DNA from: a virus
Lineage: Duplodnaviria > Heunggongvirae > Uroviricota > Caudoviricetes
DNA: 64,000 nucleotides
IMG/VR virus record: IMGVR_UViG_3300045988_158233
Strand: one strand, 5' to 3'
Positions 29,301-37,817 of the stretch are shown here, one piece after another. Within the stretch, counting starts at the first letter, position 1. Each line of letters starts with the position of its first letter. A model generated the notes under the pieces. That model saw only the letters and a list, made by a program, of their open reading frames with translations, was not told the origin of the DNA and made no database searches. A program made the position numbers and the translations under genes.

Positions 29301-29824
29301 ACGTGCTCATGACACGGATGGCGGCTGAAATGGGCTTAGGTGATGAACTAATCCGCCCCAGCATTGGTATTAAGCCGAAAATCATGATCATTCTGGACAA
29401 TGCGAACGGCAATGATGCTCGAACCGGTTACTTTATGGAGAACGGATACGACGATTTTAAGGCCAAGCTATTGACGGCTGGAGATTTACGCATGGGCGAT
29501 CTGTATGTCACAGGCGTTTGCAAAAAGGTGAAAGACAAAGAAAAGGACTACACCAAAGACGAGATCGGCCAGTTCACCGACTTTATGCGTGAAGAGATCA
29601 ATCTGGTACGTCCGACCTATGTGCTGACGTGTGGCAGCCGGGCGACGTCGCTCTTCAACAACAAGATCAAACCATCCGACCTGGTTGGACGCAAAGAGTA
29701 TCTGCCGGAGCTAGATGTGACTGTTTTCTACGGATTTAACCCGAATATTTTGTACTTTCGCCCAGAGGAAGGCGAAAAGCTGGAAGCAATTCTTGCAGAG
29801 GTAGCGGAGACTATTAGCAAATGA
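26306..29824 (+). CDS. dnaE: DNA polymerase III alpha-subunit-like (DnaE family) replicative polymerase
   Basis: 1172 aa; PHP-like N-terminus; conserved Pol III alpha core [52 protein letters not shown]; C-terminal ~150 aa of different character. Confidence 0.85.
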   Translation: [1172 protein letters not shown]

Positions 29825-29972
29825 ACAAAGAGAACACCATGAAGGTGGCCAGAGAGAAAAGAGTTTATGGAAGTAAACAAGATTGGCGATGTAAGACAGT
29901 ACAGGCTGAAGTGCCAAACCAGAGTCTCGCTATCCAACATTCTTGGTAAGAAGGTCGCTTAATATAATAAAC

Positions 29973-29997
29973 AGGCCCGTTATATAACGGGCCTTTT
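29973..29997. terminator. Bidirectional terminator between convergent genes
   Basis: aggcccgtta-tata-acgggcct hairpin with T-run. Confidence 0.65.
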
Positions 29998-29999
29998 AG

Positions 30000-30980
30000 T
30001 TAACAAATTCTATTATTAACTAGTATAGTATGGAGTTTATTATTTATAGGGGAATACGGATCGAAATCACTCATCATGACACTATTTGATTCGCACGCCT
30101 GTTCAAAGGCATACATAATTATAGGCATATAGCGCTCATGACATTTTTTAAGTGATTTAACTTCCTCTGATAGATACTCTAGTCGATTGTTACCTCTAAT
30201 AGCCAATTCCACCTCATCATATGAGTACAACAAATCGTTTAAATCACAGAAAAAATTAAAATTTGGTAGTCCATGTTTTAAATCCCCGTCCACAATTGTT
30301 TCTTCAAAGAATTCCCCTAATGCAGTAATGTTTCTCTCAATACCTTCGCATCGTTCAATGATCTTCAGATCTTCACTAGATAGCCATAATCTAAGCCATT
30401 TCTCTCTATCCCTTGGAGATTTCAGATATTGGTCTTCGTTAAATGTTACTGATGTACTTCCTGAGTTATTGTAATCCGCTGTACTTGATAACGATGCGAT
30501 GGTTTGTTTGTCTAAATGCCGCCAGTAAATATCTGGCTCTTCATGCTTATTATCTTCGTTTAGACAAATTAAAACGATCACTATAGGGAAATCGCATTCC
30601 CCCCAATACTTTAAATTTTTATAGGGGATCTGTACTCCTAGACTACTACTCATTGTGCGTGAGGTGGTTTTTACCTGAACGCCAATAAACATACCGGTAG
30701 AAAGTTCATTTTCATAGATTTCAACCTGTGCATCCAACCCCATATCAATATCCAGCAGTCGACAAGGCCATTTGAAATAACGGGAAATCCAATAAGCAAA
30801 TAAGTACTCACCAGCGTGTCCTTCTGCACTGGTCTTCGGATATGTCATGCCTTCAGTTTTATTTTTTTCTGCTGCTGACCTCGCAGACTTAACTTTTGGG
30901 GGTGGGGACAGTTCTTTAGTCGGCACAGGCTTTTCTGCTTTTGCTTGATTGTTAGCTTTATTCATTGATTTTATTCTCAC
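30000..30980 (-). CDS. Hypothetical protein with N-terminal PD-(D/E)xK-like nuclease motif (AT-rich moron)
   Basis: 326-aa minus-strand ORF; GEYLFAYWISRYFKWPCRLLDIDMGLDAQVEIYEN...GMFIGVQVKTT has acidic residues followed by a strand ending QVK, as in restriction-endonuclease-fold nucleases; Lys-rich N-terminal tail; AT-rich by eye. Confidence 0.55.
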   Translation of the reverse strand: MRIKSMNKANNQAKAEKPVPTKELSPPPKVKSARSAAEKNKTEGMTYPKTSAEGHAGEYLFAYWISRYFKWPCRLLDIDMGLDAQVEIYENELSTGMFIGVQVKTTSRTMSSSLGVQIPYKNLKYWGECDFPIVIVLICLNEDNKHEEPDIYWRHLDKQTIASLSSTADYNNSGSTSVTFNEDQYLKSPRDREKWLRLWLSSEDLKIIERCEGIERNITALGEFFEETIVDGDLKHGLPNFNFFCDLNDLLYSYDEVELAIRGNNRLEYLSEEVKSLKKCHERYMPIIMYAFEQACESNSVMMSDFDPYSPINNKLHTILVNNRIC

Positions 30981-31093
30981 TTTGTTCTGTTCGCTTTATG
31001 CCCTGATTCTGCCCTTTAGCTCCCATACTGTCTACCGCTAATCATAGCAGTAAAGCTCTTTTTATTTGATATAATCAAATACACAAAATTAAG

Positions 31094-31540
31094 TTGGAAC
31101 CTATCAAAATGAGTGCAGATATCTACGAAAAAATAATGTCCGATCTTGAATTCGACCGCGACAATCTGGAGGAAGTCTGGCGTCAGCAACCGCGCTTGTT
31201 GATGGAGTATGGCTCAAAACTCGCTCATGCAGAAAGAAGTGTCGCAGAGGCAAAACTTAACCTTGAAGCTGTTGAAGCAAAGCTATACGACACAGAGCGT
31301 AAGAACTTGAGTATGAACGGCATTAAGTTCAACGAGTCTGTACTGGACGCTAAGGTTAAAACAAACCCACAGTATCTATCTAAACGTCAGAAGTTGGATG
31401 ACGCACGGCACATAGCAGACATATACAAACATGCTGTCGCCGCCTTTTCGCATCGCCGAGACATGATCGTTCAGGCGTCAAAGATGGCCATCGTTGAATT
31501 AGAGCGATTAGGCTCTGAACGCTTTATTACTCCCCGTTAA
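31094..31540 (+). CDS. Hypothetical protein
   Basis: 148-aa ORF, helical/charged. Confidence 0.4.
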   Translation: MEPIKMSADIYEKIMSDLEFDRDNLEEVWRQQPRLLMEYGSKLAHAERSVAEAKLNLEAVEAKLYDTERKNLSMNGIKFNESVLDAKVKTNPQYLSKRQKLDDARHIADIYKHAVAAFSHRRDMIVQASKMAIVELERLGSERFITPR

Positions 31541-31657
31541 TTTTTGATAGATAATAAGTAAGTACTGATCTATCATTTAACAGCTCGAAAGAGCCACGAA
31601 TGAACGAAAGCCCAACGCGCATAGCGCCATCGGCCAAATCACAACAAGGAGAAACAC

Positions 31658-32686
31658 ATGTCTAAGACATTACTTGATTTGCTTAACAAAACTCGTGAAG
31701 ACATTGCCGCCAAACGTGGTAACAACGTTGATCTGACTCGCTTAAAAGACGGCGTTAACTATATCCGCATCTTCCCGAATAAAGACGACCCAAACGGTAA
31801 GTTCTTCCAGACTTTCGGTATGCACTACGTTAAGTATCAGAACGAGGAAGGTAAAGAAGCAACCAACGCTTATATTTGTGAGCAACATACTCACGGTCGC
31901 GCTTGTCAGCTATGCGAAATGGTGATGGAAGGTCGCGCTCGTCACAAGGGTAACAAAGCAATGGAAGAACGCATCGGTCAAATGCGTGCCACTCCTCGCT
32001 ACCTGGTCAACGGCATTCTTTCTGCTCGTGAGGATTTCGCAGATGCTGAGAAATGCCAGTTAATCGAGCTGCCGTCTACTGTATTCGATGATATCTGCAA
32101 AGCAATCACCGAAGACATCGCTGATGATATCGGCAATCCACTGAGCAAAGAGGAAGGCTACGCATTCCTGATTAAACGTACTGGCTCTGGTCGCGATACC
32201 AAATATGACGTCTCGCCTAAGCGTAAAGTCTACAAAGGCGATATCGAAGATAAATTCTGGAACACCCAGCATGATCTGATCGCATACGCAAATCAGGCTG
32301 ATGAAACTCGTCTTCTGTCGACAGTTCGCACTATGGGTCGTCTGATTGGCATCGCTGCACCAACTGCCGCAGCATCTGCACCAGCAATTTCCTCAACCGC
32401 GAAAACATCGGCTGCGGCACTACCTGGATTTGGCTCTGTCACTGGTCATACAGAAGGAGCGACGGCTGTAGCAACCGCGCACACACCGGCTTCTGAACCA
32501 ACCAGTCTGGTTGATGAAGAAATCCTCCGTGCCGTTGAAACTGAATTTAAACCAGAGGCAAGTTCCGCTGCCGTTGCCGTATCAGTCAAAGAGTCTGAAG
32601 CAGTCGCAGCGACATCTGTAGCAACCGCATCTGCGACGGAAGATGAAGGTCTGGATGACCTACTGAGAGAGCTGGACTCTCTGTAA
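31658..32686 (+). CDS. Putative single-stranded DNA-binding protein (T4 gp32-like architecture)
   Basis: 342 aa; His/Cys cluster CEQHTHGRACQLC, Ala/Ser/Thr-rich flexible linker, acidic C-terminal tail EDEGLDDLLRELDSL; sits in the replication/recombination block. Confidence 0.4.
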   Translation: MSKTLLDLLNKTREDIAAKRGNNVDLTRLKDGVNYIRIFPNKDDPNGKFFQTFGMHYVKYQNEEGKEATNAYICEQHTHGRACQLCEMVMEGRARHKGNKAMEERIGQMRATPRYLVNGILSAREDFADAEKCQLIELPSTVFDDICKAITEDIADDIGNPLSKEEGYAFLIKRTGSGRDTKYDVSPKRKVYKGDIEDKFWNTQHDLIAYANQADETRLLSTVRTMGRLIGIAAPTAAASAPAISSTAKTSAAALPGFGSVTGHTEGATAVATAHTPASEPTSLVDEEILRAVETEFKPEASSAAVAVSVKESEAVAATSVATASATEDEGLDDLLRELDSL

Positions 32687-32702
32687 TCCCATTACGTGAC
32701 CA

Positions 32703-32731
32703 GTAAGGCGTCTACGGACGCCTTACTTTTT
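32703..32731 (+). terminator. Rho-independent terminator
   Basis: gtaaggcgtc-tacg-gacgccttac hairpin then ttttt. Confidence 0.65.
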
Positions 32732-32746
32732 GGAAGGAATGTACCG

Positions 32747-33691
32747 GTGAATTATCTCTTCGTAGATGGCAATAGCCTGGGTTATTACCACCAACAATCT
32801 GACAAATTGCACAACGGCGAAATGGAAGTACAGGCTGCTTTCGGCTTTGTTAAGAACGTCCGTCGTTATGCCTCCATCCTCCATGCCCGACCTATGATTC
32901 TTTGGGATGGATTTAGTGACAAGCGTCGCGACTTTTACCCGGACTACAAAGCAAATCGCGACGACGATCCTGATATGAAAAAGATGAAGGAAGGCTTTGC
33001 TATCCAGAAGCCATACATCCTCAAAATGATGACCGCGCTTGGAGTTACCCAACTCATTGCAAAAGATGCAGAAGCGGATGATCTGGCCGGGCTGCTGGTA
33101 TCCCGCATGGCACCGCAGCCAACCGTTGAACACATCTATCTGTTAACAGGCGATAGCGACTGGCTTCAGTTAGTTCGTGAAAACGTAAGCTGGGTAAGCC
33201 TGCGTGAAGACGCCAAAAACAAGCAGGTTAATTTTGAGCAATTTGCGGAGCTGACAGGATTCGCCACGCCTCGCGCATTTTTGGAAGCAAAAGCATTACA
33301 AGGCGATAACTCGGACAACATTAGCGGTGTTGGTGGCATTGGTGCTGGCGGTGCGAAAGAGCTGCTGCATGAATGGGGAAGTGTCGCAACGATGGTACGC
33401 GGCATCAACGACGGCTCAATCGTGGTTAATAAAGGGCGTCATAAGACCGCCTTCAACAAACTAGCGAAGAATGCCTTCAACGAGAAAACAGGCTGTCGAA
33501 TGCTCGAAGCGTTCAAGAGAAACATCACGCTAATGAACCTGATTGAGACGAAGTTTCCGCCTACCGAAATCGAAACAATCAAAGGCAATCGTGACGTGAA
33601 AGCATTCGAGCAACTGTGCTACGAGCTGAATTTCCGTTCGTTCCTTGAAGACCTTGAAGTGTTTGTTCTTCCATTCGAAAGGTATTGCTAA
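32747..33691 (+). CDS. 5'-3' exonuclease / flap endonuclease
   Basis: N-terminal VNYLFVDGNSLGYY and acidic metal-binding cluster LIAKDAEADDLAG, typical of FEN/5'-exonuclease family; start placed at GTG after the terminator (track ORF starts 32696). Confidence 0.65.
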   Translation: MNYLFVDGNSLGYYHQQSDKLHNGEMEVQAAFGFVKNVRRYASILHARPMILWDGFSDKRRDFYPDYKANRDDDPDMKKMKEGFAIQKPYILKMMTALGVTQLIAKDAEADDLAGLLVSRMAPQPTVEHIYLLTGDSDWLQLVRENVSWVSLREDAKNKQVNFEQFAELTGFATPRAFLEAKALQGDNSDNISGVGGIGAGGAKELLHEWGSVATMVRGINDGSIVVNKGRHKTAFNKLAKNAFNEKTGCRMLEAFKRNITLMNLIETKFPPTEIETIKGNRDVKAFEQLCYELNFRSFLEDLEVFVLPFERYC

Positions 33692-33957
33692 TGCTTAAAT
33701 CGATTATCAATGGCGCTACAACCACCCCTGCCCAACTGGCAAAAGAGATTGTCTTTTATCACGGTGAGTACGCTGTCATCGCACTGCCGTCAATTCTAGG
33801 CGCTGCCGGAATGAAAGCGACAGATCGCGAGTTTGGATTAGTCAGCGAGCAGGTCGTAAAAATCCTCGCTCGTGTATCCAGACTCCTTAACCACGATGCG
33901 ATTGTATTCGATGAATCCGCCGCTTTAAAACGAATCAACGAAACAAAAGGAGCCTGA
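33685..33957 (+). CDS. Hypothetical small protein
   Basis: 90-aa ORF. Confidence 0.35.
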   Translation: MLMLKSIINGATTTPAQLAKEIVFYHGEYAVIALPSILGAAGMKATDREFGLVSEQVVKILARVSRLLNHDAIVFDESAALKRINETKGA

Positions 33958-33959
33958 TC

Positions 33960-35033
33960 ATGGCAAAAGGAAAATCCGCACTGGCACTTGCTCTGAAAAA
34001 GAAAATCGGTAGCAACGACGAAATTCAGAAAGTAACTCATTGGATTGATACAGGCTTTCCACCGTTAAACAAAGCTATTTCTGGTCGTTACGATGGCGGC
34101 TTCCCATGTGGTCGTATCGTCGAAGTATTCGGTCCTCCAAGTGCAGGGAAAACGTTCCTTGCAACAGCAGCGATGATCTCCGCTCAAAAACAAGATGGTC
34201 TGGCGGTATTCCTCGATCATGAAAACAGTTTTGACGTTGGCCTGGCTGTAGCCAATGGCCTGAACGCAGATGAGGATGACGGTCAGTGGGTATACAAGCA
34301 GCCAGATACCTTCGAAGACTCTGTAGAGTTGATCGGCACAATACTTAAATTGGTTCGTGATGAAGAGCTTATCCCCGAATCAGCACCTATCTGTATCGTG
34401 GCTGACTCTCTTGCGTCTATGGTTCCGAACTCCAAAGCTGAGAAGTTCGAAAAGATGGCTGAAGGCACTGCCAAAGACAAAGATCAGCTAAACATGAACG
34501 ACAATACGGCACTGGCTCGTGCGACGAGTGCGAACTTCCCTACTCTGGCTTTGTGGGCACGCAAATACAACGCCTGCATCATCTTCTTGAATCAGGTTCG
34601 CACAAAAATCGGTGTAATGTTTGGCGACCCTACTACGTCGCCAGGTGGAGATTCACCGAAGTTCTACGCTTCTGTACGTATCCGTCTTGGTGCATCGGTG
34701 ATGAAGGATGGTAAAGAGAAGATCGGCCAGGACGTAGGCGCAGAATGCATCAAAAACAAAGTTGCACCACCGTATGGCAAATGCACCTGGAAATTCTACT
34801 TCGATCCTACTCGTGGCCTCGACGTTATCGAATCGCTCGTCGAGTACATGCTGGAAGAAGGATACCTGCCAAAGAACGCCAGCGGGCGAGTTGAAATTGG
34901 TGACAAGAAATACACCAAATCGCAGATCGTCGAGATGTATCGGGAGAAGCCACTGGCTGAAATCATTGCGGCTTTGCAGGCAATCGACGACCGAAGAGCA
35001 AAAGACAACCCCACCGAGTCAGTAGAAGAGTAA
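33960..35033 (+). CDS. RecA-family recombinase (UvsX/Sak4-like)
   Basis: 357 aa; GRIVEVFGPPSAGKTFLATA matches the RecA Walker A context. Confidence 0.7.
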   Translation: MAKGKSALALALKKKIGSNDEIQKVTHWIDTGFPPLNKAISGRYDGGFPCGRIVEVFGPPSAGKTFLATAAMISAQKQDGLAVFLDHENSFDVGLAVANGLNADEDDGQWVYKQPDTFEDSVELIGTILKLVRDEELIPESAPICIVADSLASMVPNSKAEKFEKMAEGTAKDKDQLNMNDNTALARATSANFPTLALWARKYNACIIFLNQVRTKIGVMFGDPTTSPGGDSPKFYASVRIRLGASVMKDGKEKIGQDVGAECIKNKVAPPYGKCTWKFYFDPTRGLDVIESLVEYMLEEGYLPKNASGRVEIGDKKYTKSQIVEMYREKPLAEIIAALQAIDDRRAKDNPTESVEE

Positions 35034-35037
35034 ACAC

Positions 35038-35063
35038 AAGGCGTCCACAGGACGCCTTTTTTA
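35038..35063 (+). terminator. Rho-independent terminator
   Basis: aaggcgtcc-acag-gacgcctt hairpin then tttttt. Confidence 0.65.
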
Positions 35064-35125
35064 TCTCTTGAAAATATATAAGTACTTACTTATTATTTTC
35101 GCATAACAACCACATAGGAAAACAC

Positions 35126-35326
35126 ATGATCAAAATCTATCTATTGGCAGTAGCCACAGGCCTTTCAGTGGCTCTCATCTACGGTTTACTGGTTCCGTCG
35201 CTGATTTCTACCAAGAGTGATTTAGCCGTCATGTTTGGAGTTATCGTTGGTTTTGGTGCTCCTGTAATCGGTCTTATTGCTGGTCGTAAGTTTATCAACT
35301 CATTAATCAAAGCAAAGGGGAAATAA
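35126..35326 (+). CDS. Small two-TM membrane protein (NfeD-like partner position)
   Basis: 66 aa, two hydrophobic segments; immediately upstream of the SPFH gene. Confidence 0.4.
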   Translation: MIKIYLLAVATGLSVALIYGLLVPSLISTKSDLAVMFGVIVGFGAPVIGLIAGRKFINSLIKAKGK

Positions 35327-35329
35327 GTA

Positions 35330-36160
35330 ATGAAGAAAGGTTTACTTGCAGTTGCTCTGGCGGCTATTTGCACAATGGGTCTTACTGGCTGCGATCGCGT
35401 GGAGCCTGGATACGTTGGCATCAAAGTAAACAAATTAGGTGAAGACAAAGGGATTGGTGAAGTGGTTGGCGTTGGTCGCCAATGGACAGGTCTTAACACC
35501 GAACTTTACGTATTCCCGACCTTCAAACAAATGAAGACCTACGACGAGCCGTTCACATTCCAGATGAGTGACGGTACTGCTATTGGTCACAAAATTGGCG
35601 TTGCGTATCTGGTTAATCGTGACAAGGTAACGACGGTGTTCCAGACCTATCGCAAAGGCGTAGACGATATCACCGAATCAGATCTGCGTCAGAAAATTGC
35701 CGACTCTCTAAACCGTTTGGCCAGCCGTATGACCACTGACTCATTTATCGACGGTGGTAAGGCACAATTGCTGGACAACGCACTGAAAGATATTCAGAAA
35801 GAGATGTCTCCGGTTGGTATTGAGGTACTGAGCCTGTCATGGGTTGGAAAGCCTGATTACCCAAAAACTGTCATTGAATCTATTAACGCCAAAGTAACGG
35901 CTAACCAGCGTACTCTGCAACGTCAGCAGGAAGTTGAACAACGTAAAGCTGAGGCGAATATGCTACGTGAACAGGCTAATGGTGAAGCTGATGCTATCCG
36001 TGCTCGTGCGCAAGCAGAAGCAGACGCCATTCGTCTGCGCGGTGAAGCTCTGCGTCAAAACCCGAACGTTATGGAACTGGAAGCCATCAATAAATGGAAT
36101 GGCCAGTTACCGCAGTACATGACTCAAGGGGCTAACACTCCTTTCATTACAGTGAAATAA
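35330..36160 (+). CDS. SPFH/band-7 (stomatin/prohibitin-like) lipoprotein
   Basis: Lipoprotein signal MKKGLLAVALAAICTMGLTGC; SPFH-like core starting VEPGYVGIKV; C-terminal charged coiled-coil with repeated EADAIR. Confidence 0.55.
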   Translation: MKKGLLAVALAAICTMGLTGCDRVEPGYVGIKVNKLGEDKGIGEVVGVGRQWTGLNTELYVFPTFKQMKTYDEPFTFQMSDGTAIGHKIGVAYLVNRDKVTTVFQTYRKGVDDITESDLRQKIADSLNRLASRMTTDSFIDGGKAQLLDNALKDIQKEMSPVGIEVLSLSWVGKPDYPKTVIESINAKVTANQRTLQRQQEVEQRKAEANMLREQANGEADAIRARAQAEADAIRLRGEALRQNPNVMELEAINKWNGQLPQYMTQGANTPFITVK

Positions 36161-36176
36161 CTCCCCTAAAAAGTTC

Positions 36177-36203
36177 AGGCGTCCAGTTGGACGCCTTTTT
36201 TAT
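36177..36203 (+). terminator. Rho-independent terminator
   Basis: aggcgtcc-agttg-gacgcct hairpin then tttttt. Confidence 0.65.
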
Positions 36204-36222
36204 CGCAATTATCTTATTAAGA

Positions 36223-36235
36223 AAACAATTTGTTT
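36223..36235. promoter_or_regulatory. AAACAA-T-TTGTTT palindromic site (family member)
   Basis: Perfect 6-1-6 palindrome 23 nt upstream of the ATG at 36252. Confidence 0.5.
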
Positions 36236-36251
36236 AAAAGGATAAGAAAAC

Positions 36252-36677
36252 ATGGCAGCTATTAAGAAACTCTACGATGCCGCAAACGTGGCTCTGGATG
36301 TTATTGATGATGAAGTAGCAAAAGGCTTTCCTGAACCTGATTGGGCGCATCAGCTACGAAACGCTATCGCAGAAATGACCCCACCAGATCCAACCCCCGA
36401 CGAGACAGACTGGCAGCGATTCATCCGTATGTACGCTCAGGAAATAGGTCCAACGCCAACGGCAGAGCAGGCAATGCTGCTGAAATACTTCAAAGAGGCG
36501 GGAGAGGATTTACCAATTGATGACTCAGCATATTGGTTCCACTGCGCATGGCGTAAGTATGACGTGATATTCACACAAGGCATGGGAAGCAAAGATATGG
36601 TTGTGTGGCATCTACTCCATATAGACACAGCCGTTGACAGAGTTATTGAACAGTTTTTCCCTAAACAAGAAGATTGA
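36252..36677 (+). CDS. Hypothetical protein
   Basis: 141-aa ORF. Confidence 0.4.
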   Translation: MAAIKKLYDAANVALDVIDDEVAKGFPEPDWAHQLRNAIAEMTPPDPTPDETDWQRFIRMYAQEIGPTPTAEQAMLLKYFKEAGEDLPIDDSAYWFHCAWRKYDVIFTQGMGSKDMVVWHLLHIDTAVDRVIEQFFPKQED

Positions 36678-36732
36678 TCGCCTATTCATAACTAACAAAA
36701 TAAGTAAACACTAACCACAAAAGGAAAAACAC

Positions 36733-37008
36733 ATGAGAGTTTTAGTTCGAATCGTTACCAGCACTGTCTATGACGTGTTTCCGCTTTTTATGGTCAAAGC
36801 CGATGGCCTTAACGACGAAGAAACTGACGCGCTGATCCAGCGTATTCTCGTTGAATATACAGGTCATGACGCTGATTCAGTGATGGTTGATGATGATGGT
36901 GTTTGTTGGCATAACGGCAACTGTTGGTACGTAGAAGAGACTCAACAAATCAGTGATGAAGATGCCGCACATCTTGAGCGTATTTTAAGCATCAGCACTT
37001 TTGAGTGA
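36733..37008 (+). CDS. Hypothetical protein
   Basis: 91-aa acidic ORF with the conserved AAAAGGAAAAACACATG start context. Confidence 0.4.
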   Translation: MRVLVRIVTSTVYDVFPLFMVKADGLNDEETDALIQRILVEYTGHDADSVMVDDDGVCWHNGNCWYVEETQQISDEDAAHLERILSISTFE

Positions 37009-37223
37009 GTTTACAGTAAAATTTATATAAGTTAGTATCTACCTATCATGAAGATTTTTATTGAATACTTGTTACTCATCGTTTCAATAGCTTTTGCCAT
37101 CGACTGCATTTTCACCGGTGTCATTCGTAAAGTCTTTTCCCCGGTGAACGACGTAGTCATAAACGCTTTGGCTATCGTGCTCGTATTTAATTCAGCATTT
37201 GATGTAATCAAAGAGGTGGCAGC

Positions 37224-37559
37224 ATGAAGGCCATCCCATTCGCGCTGTTGTTCCTTTCTTCGATCGTTGTGGCCGACACCACTGTTTATCAGTGTGAAAT
37301 GTCTGTAGCCGACGTTAAGAATGGCGCTCTTACCGACGTCATAAAAGCACCATATGGCGCGATGGTCGTAGACAGCGGCGACCAGTTCTATGTTGTGCGA
37401 GACGATCGAGTATTGTCATCCCCATATCTCACAAACCGTAATGGCAAATTAACCGGCGTCGGAGAAGACCACTTCGTATACAACAAATACAAGGGCTTCT
37501 ATGGCGTTCACGCTTCTCAGCAAAGCTACCTTTTCGATGACTGCAAGGAGGTTGGATAA
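37224..37559 (+). CDS. Secreted protein, function unknown
   Basis: Signal peptide MKAIPFALLFLSSIVVA; 111 aa. Confidence 0.45.
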   Translation: MKAIPFALLFLSSIVVADTTVYQCEMSVADVKNGALTDVIKAPYGAMVVDSGDQFYVVRDDRVLSSPYLTNRNGKLTGVGEDHFVYNKYKGFYGVHASQQSYLFDDCKEVG

Positions 37560-37771
37560 TGGCATTAACACTGGCAGGTCTGGAAATCGAGAAAACAAGC
37601 GGATACTGGCGTGCTAAGGGTTTCAAGCAGCCTGGCATTCTTGAGCGTCTGGAACGTGAAGATGGGTATATCGTCCACCAGCGGCGTGAATGGCGTATGT
37701 ACGATCCAGAAACAGGAAAACTGACTACAAAAGCCGGAACACTTTGGGGTCTGTTGAAGAAAATACACTAA
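37559..37771 (+). CDS. Hypothetical small protein
   Basis: 70-aa ORF, start-overlapping the previous stop. Confidence 0.35.
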   Translation: MALTLAGLEIEKTSGYWRAKGFKQPGILERLEREDGYIVHQRREWRMYDPETGKLTTKAGTLWGLLKKIH

Positions 37772-37817
37772 ATGCAAACTGACTGCGGCACGTTCCGCAG
37801 TCATATTTCATAGTCGT

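Noticed and set aside
26798-29412. Several minus-strand ORFs of 90-171 aa inside dnaE
   Set aside because: Fully embedded antisense to a long, conserved polymerase ORF; no start-context motif or promoter-like sequence.
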